64,000 bases of DNA from Rhodanobacteraceae bacterium (GTDB lineage: Bacteria > Pseudomonadota > Gammaproteobacteria > Xanthomonadales > SZUA-5), in assembly GCA_016717705.1 (NCBI GenBank), contig JADKFD010000036.1, positions 129 through 64,128 of the forward strand, given 5' to 3'. Positions 45,927 to 55,618 of the stretch are shown here, piece by piece. A program made the translations under genes and the position numbers. The notes below the pieces were generated by a model. It worked only from the letters and a program-made list of their open reading frames with translations, searched no databases and was not told the DNA's origin. Position 1 is the first letter of the stretch. Each line of letters begins with the position of its first letter.

Positions 45927-47720
45927 ATGAGCCTCTGTCTCTCCGCCGCTTTGGCCGCGCTGATGTGCCCGGCCGCCCTGCCCGCCAATTCGATGTCCAG
46001 CGTGCAGCCGATGATCGGCCATTCGCTGCCGGCCTATCTGTACGATCCGGACCAGTCGAGCGTCGTGCGCCGGCGTCCGGGCCATCCAGCGCCCGGACCG
46101 CGCACCCGACCCGACCAGAATCCGGGCAACGCCGACCCGGCGCCGATCGACGCGGTCGGTGAATTCGTCCCGGTGCCCGATCGCTGGCGCCTGATGGAGG
46201 CGCTCGGCTTCAAGCACCCGTGGTACGACCCGTACAACCAGAATATCTGGAAGGGCGACAAGCCGATCAACGAGGATGAGTGGTTCCTCAGTCTGCTGGC
46301 AGTGTCCGATACGCTGCTCGAACCGCGCTCGCTGCCGACGCCGGTGGGTGCGCAGTCGAGCGCCAATCCAGGCGCCGTGGACATTTTCTCCGGCTTCGAT
46401 CAGACCATTTTGTCGCAGACAGTGCTCGCGGGTCTGGTCTATTACAAGGGCAATACCACCTTCAAGCCGCCCGAATACGAGTACCGCCTGACGCTGGCGT
46501 TGAACTACAACCGCGTCGAAGTCGACGATGTGCGCGCGCTCACCATCGATCCGCGCAAGGGCACGGTGCGCGACGACGGCTTCATCGCGGTGCAGGAAGT
46601 TTTCGCCGACTTCCATTTGCGCGATGTTTCGCCGCGCTATGACTTCGATGCGATCCGCTTCGGCATTCAGCCCTTCTCCAGCGATTTCCGCGGCTTTCTG
46701 TTCCAGGATCTGCAGTTCGGCGTGCGCCTGTTCGGCAACCGCGACAACAACCACCGCCAATACAACCTGGCGTGGTTCCGCCGCGTCGAGAAGGACTTGA
46801 ATTCCGGTCTCAACGACGTCGCCGAGGGATTGCGCGACGACGATGTGTTCATCGCCAACTACTACTGGCAGGACCTGTTCGGACTGCTCGGTTTCACCTC
46901 GCAGGCAGTCGTGGCCTACAACCGCAATCGCGAGGACGAACTGTTCTTCGATTCCAATGGCTTCATCCAGCGACCATCCTCGATCGGCACCGAGCGTACC
47001 CGCGAATACGATGCGGTCTACATCGGCTACAACGGCGATGGCCACATCGGCCGCTTCAATCTATCGACCTCCGCCACCTACGTCTTCGGCGACAACGACA
47101 ACACCTTCACCGGCGAGAACAGCGATATCGCCGCCGGCTTCTTTGCCGCCGAACTGTCGCGCGACTTCGACTGGATTCGCCCGCGCCTGTCGATCGCCTA
47201 CGCCAGCGGCGACGACGATCCTTTCGACGACAAGAGCAACGGTTACGACGCGATCTTCGAAAACCCGATCTTCGCCGGCGCCGACACCAGCTACTGGATC
47301 CGCCAGAACATCCCGCTGATCGGTGGCGGTGGCGTCGCCCTCTCCGGGCGCAACGGGTTGCTGCCGTCGCTGCGCCCGTCCAAGGAACAGGGACAGTCGA
47401 ATTTCGAGAATCCGGGCCTGCACCTGATTGGCATTGGCGCCGATTTCGACATCACGCCGGAATCGCGGGTGTCCTTCAACCTCAACCAGCTGTGGTTCGA
47501 CGACACCGCGGTGCTCGAAGTGGCGCGCAACCAGGCACCGATCGACAAGGAGATCGGCACCGACCTGTCGGTGGCCTGGATCTGGCGCCCGTTCATGAGC
47601 CAGAACGTCGTCGTGCGACTGTCCGGCGCCCTGCTCGAACCCGGCAGCGGCCTCGAAGACCTCTACGGCGAACGCGACCCGTTCTACACCGTGTTGGGCA
47701 ATGTGATTCTGACGTACTGA
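45927..47720 (+). CDS. outer-membrane beta-barrel protein (porin-like)
   Basis: ATG 45927, 1 nt after the upstream stop. Signal MSLCLSAALAALMCPAALPA. Abundant alternating-hydrophobic strands. The C-terminus ...YTVLGNVILTY ends in an aromatic residue. Confidence 0.7.
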   Translation: MSLCLSAALAALMCPAALPANSMSSVQPMIGHSLPAYLYDPDQSSVVRRRPGHPAPGPRTRPDQNPGNADPAPIDAVGEFVPVPDRWRLMEALGFKHPWYDPYNQNIWKGDKPINEDEWFLSLLAVSDTLLEPRSLPTPVGAQSSANPGAVDIFSGFDQTILSQTVLAGLVYYKGNTTFKPPEYEYRLTLALNYNRVEVDDVRALTIDPRKGTVRDDGFIAVQEVFADFHLRDVSPRYDFDAIRFGIQPFSSDFRGFLFQDLQFGVRLFGNRDNNHRQYNLAWFRRVEKDLNSGLNDVAEGLRDDDVFIANYYWQDLFGLLGFTSQAVVAYNRNREDELFFDSNGFIQRPSSIGTERTREYDAVYIGYNGDGHIGRFNLSTSATYVFGDNDNTFTGENSDIAAGFFAAELSRDFDWIRPRLSIAYASGDDDPFDDKSNGYDAIFENPIFAGADTSYWIRQNIPLIGGGGVALSGRNGLLPSLRPSKEQGQSNFENPGLHLIGIGADFDITPESRVSFNLNQLWFDDTAVLEVARNQAPIDKEIGTDLSVAWIWRPFMSQNVVVRLSGALLEPGSGLEDLYGERDPFYTVLGNVILTY

Positions 47721-47727
47721 GGCGCTC

Positions 47728-50700
47728 ATGAAGCTCACGACGATTTCCGCATTGCTGGCGCTGGTGATCGGAGCGACCAGCCTGTCGCAGGTGGCTCTTG
47801 CCTCGGGCGGCGAAACGCCGGTGGACCGCGTCTACACCAAGGCGCCGGATGCCCCGAAGAACCAGACCTGGGCGCAGGCCGACGCCAAGAGCGCCGGCTG
47901 CATGAGCTGCCACAATCCGATCGACCAGAAATCCATGCACGCCTCGGAAGCGGTGGTGCTGGGCTGCGTCGACTGCCACGGCGGCGATCCGACAATCCAC
48001 GGGCCCAAAGACGGGAACGGGCACGTCGCCAGCGCCCCGGGACATGGCAACGAAGGCGAACACGGCCACGCGGCTGCCGCCTATGGCCCCGAGTACACGG
48101 CGGCGATGGAACAAGCACATGTGCTGCCGCGCTATCCGCACACCTGGCACTACCCGAGTTCGGCCAATCCCGAACGCAGCTACACGCTGTTGAATCGGGA
48201 AGCACCCGAGTTCACCCGCTTCGTCAACCCGAGCGATCTGCGCATCGCCCATGAGGCCTGCGGCGCCTGCCACATGCCGATCATCGAGGCGCCAAGCGCT
48301 CGATCATGGCCACCAGCGCCATGCTCTGGGGTGGTGCTTCCTACAACAACGGGATTTTGCCCTACAAGCGCTACATCCTCGGCGAAGGTTACGAGCGCGA
48401 TGGCGAGGCCGCGATCATCAAGGCGCTGCAGCCAGTCACGCCGGACATGGCCGTTAAGGGCGCGCTGGAGCAACTGGTGCCACTGCCGGCCTGGGAAGTG
48501 ATTCCGCCGGGCGACGTCTTCCGCGTGTTCGAGCGCGGTGGCCGCAACATCAATACCACCTTCCCGGAAACCGGATTGCCGAACTCACTGGGCCAGATTC
48601 AGCGCCTTGAGGAACCCGGGCGCCCCGACTTCAAGCAATCCAATCGCGGCCCGGGTACCGGTCAGCGCATCGGCGTGCCGGTGATCAACATCACCAAGAC
48701 CCGCCTCAATGATCCCAACATGTGGTTCATGGGCACCAACGACCAACCGGGCGACTTCCGCCAGTCCGGCTGCAGCGCCTGTCATGTGCCTTACGCCAAT
48801 GATCGCGATCCGCGCCACTCCGGGCCCTACGCGCAGCACGGCCACATGGGCCTGAGCCAGCAGTCCGACCCGACCATCCCGAAGGACCAGCCCGGACACC
48901 CGCTGAAGCACGCCTTCACGCGTTCGATCCCGACCAGCCAGTGCATGAACTGCCACATGCACCAGCCGAACATGTTCATCAACACCTTCCTCGGCTACAC
49001 CATGTGGGACTACGAGTCCGACGCGCCCTTCATGTGGCCGGAGAAGCAGCAGTACCCGAGCCACGACGAGATGCGCAAGGCGCTCGACCGCAACCCGGAG
49101 GAAGCGGTGATCCGTGGCAAGTGGGCCGACCTGGAATTCGTCAAGGAAGTCTCGGCGCTGAATCCGCAGCTGAAGGACACCCAGTTCGCCGACTACCACG
49201 GCCATGGCTGGAACTTCCGCGCCATCTTCAAGCGTGACCGCAAGGGCAACCTGCTCGACGCCGAAGGCGCCAAGGTTTCCGACGACGACCCGAAGAAGTT
49301 CGAGAAAGCCGTGCACATGTCGAGCATCCACGTCGACCTCGGCTTCCATTGCGTCGACTGCCACTTCGCCCAGGACATGCACGGCAACGGCCATATCGTC
49401 GGCGAAGTCGCCCAGGGCGTCGAGATCCAGTGCAAGGACTGCCATGGCACGCCGGACGCCTATCCGAACCTGATCACCTCAGGTCCGATGGCCAGCAAGC
49501 AAGGCCGCAACCTCGGCGACCTGCGCAATCCGGACGGCAAGAAGCGCTTCGAGTGGATCGACGGCAAACTGATCCAGCGCTCGATCATGGAAAGCGGGCT
49601 GCAGTGGGAAATGTCGCTGGTCAAGGACGTCTCCGACAAGGCCAGCCCGGCCTACAACGCCAAGGCCGATCGCGCGCACACCATGCGCAAGGATCCGCTC
49701 AACCAGAGCTACGGATCAGACGTGCCGCCAGCGAGTACGCGCATGGCGAGGACAAGATGCTGTGCTTCAGCTGCCACACCAGCTGGACCACCAGCTGCGG
49801 CGGCTGCCATCTGCCGATCCAGGCCAACTGGAAGACCGAGCGCCATCATTTCGAAGGCGGCGAGACGCGCAACTACGCGACCTACAACCCGCAGGTCGCG
49901 CGCGACGACGTGTTCATGCTGGCCAAGCATGGCGAGGCCAAGGGCTACAAGTACGCGCCGATGCGTTCGTCCAGCGCCCTGATCCTGTCGTCGACCAACT
50001 CCAACCGCGAGCGCATCTACATCCAGCAGCCGCCGATCGCGGCTTCCGGCTACAGCTCGCAGGCTCTGGCACCGCACTATCCGCACACCGAGCGCCGCAC
50101 CGAAACCAAGACCTGTACCGATTGTCATCTGTCCCAGGAAGGCGACAACAACGCCATCATGGCCCAGTTGCTCGGCCAGGGCACCAAGTTCATGGACTTC
50201 CTCGGCTTCAATGCCTGGGTCGGCGGCGAAGGCGAGATCAGCGCCGTGCGCGTCACCGAATGGGAAGAGCCGCAGGCGGTGGTCGGCAGCTATCTGCATC
50301 GCTATGCCTACCCCGACTGGTACAAGAAGCACGAGGACAACGGGCGCCAGCTGACCGAGGCCTACAAGCATTCCGCGGGCGTGGCCAACTGCATCCAGCT
50401 GCGCGGCGAGTACGTCTACGTGGCCGAAGGCAGCAAGGGCTTCCGGGTCTACGACGCGGCCAGCATCGCCAACAAGGGCATCAGCGAACGCATCATCACC
50501 GCACCCTTCTCGCCGCTGGGCCACGACACCCACATCGACACCAAGAACGCCACTTGTGTCGTGCTGCCGACCACGCAGCCGGTGCAGCCCTCGCGCAACG
50601 AGGGCGATCTGATGCGCAAGGTGAACCTGGAACAGCCGGCGCATCCGATCTACCGCTATGCGTTCATCAGTGATGCCGAGGAAGGCCTGATCGTGGTCGA

Positions 50701-51610
50701 CATCGACACGCTGCACGATGGCGAACCGCGCGACAATTTCCTCGAGCGCGCACTGACCTGGAACGAGAACGGCGTACTGACCGGCGCCCGCCATCTGACC
50801 ATCGCCGGCTACTGGTTCTACTTTGCGACGCCCAAGGGCATCGTCGTGGTCAACATGAATGACCCGCTGAAGCCGCAATACGTGCGCACCGTGGATCTGC
50901 CGGATGTGCGCGGCAGCCAGCAGCAGTTCCGCTACCTGTTCGTGACCACCGGCCGCGGACTGGAGGTGGTCGACATCACCCATCCGGACAAGGCCTATGT
51001 CGTGGCCGATGCCTACGTGCCGATCAAGGACGCACACAAGGTGCACGTCGCGCGCACATACGCCTACGTCGCCGCCGGAGCCGAGGGGCTGGTGATCGTC
51101 GACATCACCAAGCCGGTGAAGCCCGTGCTGTACCAGCGTTTCGACGGCGGCGGCGCCATCTCCGATTCGCGCGACGTCACGGTGGCCTCGACCAATGCCT
51201 CGCTGTATGCCTACATCGCCGACGGTCGCAACGGATTGCACGTGGTGCAACTGACCGGCCCGGACATCCAGCCGAAGTTCTACGGCTACAGCCCGGAACC
51301 GATGCCCAAGCTGATCGCCAGCTACGCCACCGGCAAGGCGGCACTGTCGCTGTCGGACGCCCTGGAACGCGACCGCGCGGTCGATGAAACCGGCGGCCAG
51401 ATCTCGGTACTTGGCCGCATCGGCGCACGTCCGTTGAACGAGGCCGAGCAGCGCGCTTTCTTCCTCGATACCAACGGCAACCCGTGGTTCGTCAGCGACA
51501 AGGTCGATGGTCCGCGTGGAATCACTTCGCCGGTGCTGCCGCGCAAGAACAACCGCACCTACGATCAGCAGCGGGCCGAGGCGGCAAAACCGGCTGGCTC
51601 GCCGCACTGA
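47728..51610 (+). CDS. secreted decahaem c-type cytochrome fused to LVIVD-repeat beta-propeller; two frameshifts as sequenced
   Basis: Three ORFs (47728..48501, 48306..49982, 49349..51610) join at about 48286-48293 (...CHMPIIEA/KRSIMATSAMLWGG) and about 49722-49732 (...NQSYGSDVP/ASEYAHGEDKMLCFSCH). Signal peptide present. Ten CXXCH: CMSCH, CVDCH, CGACH, CSACH, CMNCH, CVDCH, CKDCH, CFSCH, CGGCH, CTDCH. The C-terminal half has GLIVVDI, GIVVVNM, GLEVVDI, GLVIVDI and GLHVVQL. Confidence 0.8.
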
Positions 51611-51618
51611 GGGCAGTT

Positions 51619-51649
51619 ACGGTCAGGGCGCGCAAGGCGCCCTGACCGT
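51619..51649 (+). terminator. GC-rich hairpin after the cytochrome gene
   Basis: ACGGTCAGGGCGC..GCGCCCTGACCGT lies 9 nt after the stop. It has no clear U-tract. Confidence 0.5.
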
Positions 51650-51744
51650 CCGATTCGGGAGCAACCCGACGCCACGCCAGTTGCGGTGACGCAGCACCGT
51701 CGGAGTTCGGGTCGCACCTGGCGGTGCGCTTGATCGCGCAGCAA

Positions 51745-51930
51745 ACCTGAGGGAGCGGGTTTATCCCGCGATGCTTTGCTTCATTGTCGGGAGCGGGTCT
51801 ATCCCGCGATCCCCTGCTTCATTGTGGGAGCGGGTTCATCCCGCGATGCTTTGTCCAAAGCTCGCGGGATAAACCCGCTCCCACAACAGCAAAGCCAGAA
51901 CTCGCGGAATCAGTCCGCTCCCACATCGGA
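51745..51930. repeat. REP cluster (BIME-like): three direct plus two inverted copies of GGGAGCGGGT(T/C)(T/C)ATCCCGCGAT
   Basis: Copies read at about 51751, 51789 and 51826 (direct) and about 51861 and 51901 (inverted). The same unit recurs at 61551-61620. Confidence 0.85.
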
Positions 51931-52047
51931 GTCAACCGATCAGGGCGTGGCCGATGCGCAGTTTCGAAACTGACCAGCTGCCCGCGCATTGGCCGCCGAC
52001 ATCGGGCTAGCCTTGTGCTCTTCTGCCCTACTCGCCTGGAACAGCCG

Positions 52048-52452
52048 ATGTCGGAGCCTTTGCCGGGACCCTGGCCTAATCGGTTCCTGATCCTCGCCGG
52101 TGTCTTCGGCGCGATCGGCGTGGCCCTGGCTGCGATTGGCGCGCACGCGCTGGCCGACATCCTGGTCGGCAAGGCCGCGCTGCGCTTTGACACCGCTCTG
52201 CGCATGCACCTGACCCACGCCCCCGCCCTGCTCGCGCTCGCAGCGTCGGCGAAGTTGAGCGCGCCGCGCTGGTGGCTGGCCGCTTGCAGCTTGATGGGAC
52301 TTGGCACCCTGGTCTTCTGTGGCGGCCTTTACCTGGCAGCGATGGGCGTCAGCACCCTGCTGCTGCCGATCGTCCCCGCCGGCGGAAGTGCGCTGATCGC
52401 GTCCTGGCTCGCCGCCGCAATCGGATTCGCACGCGGCGTGCGACCGGGATAA
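52048..52452 (+). CDS. DUF423-family membrane protein
   Basis: ORF trimmed to ATG 52048. 134 aa with 4 TM segments. GAHALAD early in the protein, and a Gly-rich last helix. Confidence 0.65.
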   Translation: MSEPLPGPWPNRFLILAGVFGAIGVALAAIGAHALADILVGKAALRFDTALRMHLTHAPALLALAASAKLSAPRWWLAACSLMGLGTLVFCGGLYLAAMGVSTLLLPIVPAGGSALIASWLAAAIGFARGVRPG

Positions 52453-52588
52453 CCGATCGGCACACCGCGTCCAGCAGCCGGGCTTGCTCGCATCTGGCCG
52501 CAAGCGAGTCGATTTGCCCACCAGCCTTGCCGACCTGCATAGGGTCGGACCGGTCGTGGCAGGCAGATCGCCGACGGCGAGTCGAACC

Positions 52589-55289
52589 TCAATCCTCCAA
52601 GCCATCGGCGAACAGACTGTCGCCGCCAGTCGACACCAACCGGAATGTGATCCCCTGTCCGTTGATCGGATGCAGGGCTGGCACGGTGTCGCCCTGGCTC
52701 AGATCGCAGAGACTGAGGTAGGCGGGTCCAAGCGGGCACGGGACATTGTTGTACACCTCGTTGATGTAACCGTTGCCGACGCTGGTCGCCAGTCGGTAGC
52801 TGGTCACATAGGAATCGGTTGCCGGCAGCACGAATCGCCCGTCGGTTCCGCTGACTCCGGAGCGCACGTAGTTGGCCCCCCACGTGCTCTCGGACCACAT
52901 GTCGATCACCACGCCGGCCAACGGCTCCCCTGTCGACGCACTCAGCACGCGTCCCTTGGCACCACGCTGCAGGCGCAGATTGAAATCCACTCCGGTCACT
53001 GGTTGTTCGCCGAGTGTAAGCAGCTGGCCCAAAGCCGACGATACGCAGGCAGTGCCGGCGCAATCGACGCCCGGATAGGCCTGGCCGTAGGCCACCAACG
53101 AGTCTTCGACGATGACGCTATACAAGCCCGGATCGACGTCGCTGAGGCTGTAGCGTCCGGCAGCCAGTTGCAGCACACCGTTCGCCAAAGTGCCCGTCTC
53201 GCGGCGCAGGCGCAACTGCAGCGAGCCGCTGCTGATCATGCCTTCAATCGCGACACTCCCCTCGACTCGACCGCTTTGAGTCAGGCTGAAATCAAACTGG
53301 AAGACGCTCTGCGTCGCGACAACCGTCACTGGCGTTGCGCTCGGGCACACCGGGGTGTAGCCGCCGACGACGCACGGGGCATTCGGGTACGCAACATCGA
53401 CATGCTGCGGTGATGACACCGCCACCAGATACGAACCCGGTCGTGCGTAGTTGAATCGATATTCGCCGGTCTGCCCAACGGAAACGGTCAACTGGCTGCC
53501 AACACCGGACAGCGGAATGAGGTAGGCAGTGGCGCCGGCAACCGGCGCGCCGCTGAGCTGGTCGACCACGTTGCCGCGTACCGCCGGGAAGGGACGTGGG
53601 TCGAGGAAGTACTCCTGTGTGCCCTGATTCGCGGTGACGGTGATGGCACTGGCCTGGTTGAGCAGGGATTGGCAATCGGTCAGACAATCAACGTTGGGAT
53701 GAAGGCGCCAGAAGCTGGCATCGGGGTAGCCCGCCTGCACGTAATAGGTGCCGACCGGCACATCGACGAAAGTGACACTGCGATATCCCGGGATGGGGCT
53801 GCTGTAATAGACGTAGGCGTTCTGCGCGACCTGACCACTGGCGTACAACAGATTGACGGCAGCACTGTAATTGGCCTGCGGAAGATCGCGCACATACACC
53901 ACCAATTTGCGCGTCGGCGCCAGTCCTACCGCGTGTTCACGAAAATAGGGATCGCCCGCCTGGAAGGTGATGGGCGTTCCCTGCCCGGTCTGGCAGTAGC
54001 TGACACAGGGAATGTTGTCGAAGGCCTCCGGACGGAAACCTTCGGCGTTGAACGCCGCACGGTAATCGATGCCCGGCCGCAGGCCGAGGAAGCTGACTCG
54101 TCCTGCCCCATCCGCGTAAGCGGTTCCCGGAGCTGAAGTTCGACCACGAAAGCAATGCGGTCGCGCCGGTGAGCGGCGTCCCGTCGACCTCGTTGCTCAG
54201 CCGGAACGACAGCGCATGGCCCAATCCAAGGTCAAAATCGATACCGTCGGTGTTCAGATTGCCCGCAACCGTGATCGGCGCCGGCTGACCCGGGCCACAC
54301 GAACTCAGCGAGTAGGTATCGCCGCCATTGGTGCAGATCACATCGCCATAGGCCTCGTGCAGCACCGAGCCGGATTGCGAATACGCGTTGCCGGTGCGTG
54401 CATAGAAGGTACCGTTGGAACTGGTCATCATCGCGTAATTGCCGTTGGCATCGGTCCCGACGGTGCCGGTGTAGTAGCCGCTGATGCTGGTGAAATTCGA
54501 AACGATCAGCCCAGCCGAAGAAACCGCGCCAGCTGGACTGATCGACACCTTGCCGCTGAACCCGCTGGCCAGGATCGCTGCGATCCGCGCACGCACCGGG
54601 CGAGCCGCATCGCGATTACCGACGCGCACCAGATACGCGGACCTTGATTGCGTCGGCAGCAGGGCCAGCGCCTGCAAACCGTAATAGTCGTCGTTGCTGA
54701 TCAGCGGCTGCGCATCCGCGCATCCGCCGTAGACGGCGATTTCCGTGTCGCCACCTGAGCCCAAGGTCGAAATCGCCGTTCGGCCAGCCGCCGTTGACCT
54801 CACGCGCACCCAGAAAGCATCGCCCTTGGTGCCGGCAGCCGCCAAAGTGGGGGCAAGCGCCGAGCCGGTCGCCAGATCCATCGGGCCGGCGCAGTTCGCG
54901 CCAAGGCTTTCATCGGTGGACGCGCGCACCGCAAGACCCGGCTCAAGTTCGCTGTAGGGCAGGTCGGCAGGTGTCCTCAACTGGCGCAGTTCGTTGTAGC
55001 GATGGGCGTTGGCGAGAAGGCCGAGCAGTTGCCCCAGTTTTGACGTGTCTTCGGCGCGCCCGCGACGCCGCATCCATTCGCCAGTGCCGGCATTGACCTC
55101 GGCCTCGATCCGCGCCAGAGCTGTCGCATCGATGTCGGCACCTTCGCGACCCGCACTATCGGTCAGCATGGTCAACTCGACTTCCAGCCGCTGCGCCAGG
55201 GCGATCGGGTCGTTGGCCGGCCCTGACGCCGGTGCAGACGTCGATAGGGCAATGAGCAAAATCAGCAATAGCGCGCGGATCGGTTTCAT
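52589..55289 (-). CDS. large secreted protein (PPC-like domain plus several CarboxypepD_reg-like domains), ends SLFADGLED; frameshift near 54121-54135
   Basis: ORFs 53937..55394(-) and 52589..53905(-) join: ...ATALLSWSNFS / PGTAYADGAGRVSFLGLRPGIDY...KLVVYVRDL. Start at ATG 55289 with signal MKPIRALLLILLIALSTSAPA. PPC-like segment DAFWVRVRS...GGDTEIAVYGG. Confidence 0.75.
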
Positions 55290-55618
55290 GTGGGGTTCGG
55301 CAATTCCGGTAAAGCGGCGGAGTATAGGGAATGCCTCGTTGTTGTAAACGATCGTGAAGCAAAAGAGGTGCCGACCCGTCCGTTCAACCACCATCCCTGC
55401 GCTCCCGTCAGCATCACGCCACTCTCCAGTGGGCCTTGATGGCCGGCCGCCCGGACCGTCGACGAAACTCCCGGGCCTCGCGAGCGTGCTGCTTTAGTCC
55501 AAGATTGCCCTGATTCAGTCCCTCGACCACGCCGTCTGTTCACGCTCGCTGGCTATACTTCGACAAGTCGGCCCATGTTGCGCCGCACCAATTCCCGTCC
55601 CTTGAAGCCACTACTGCC

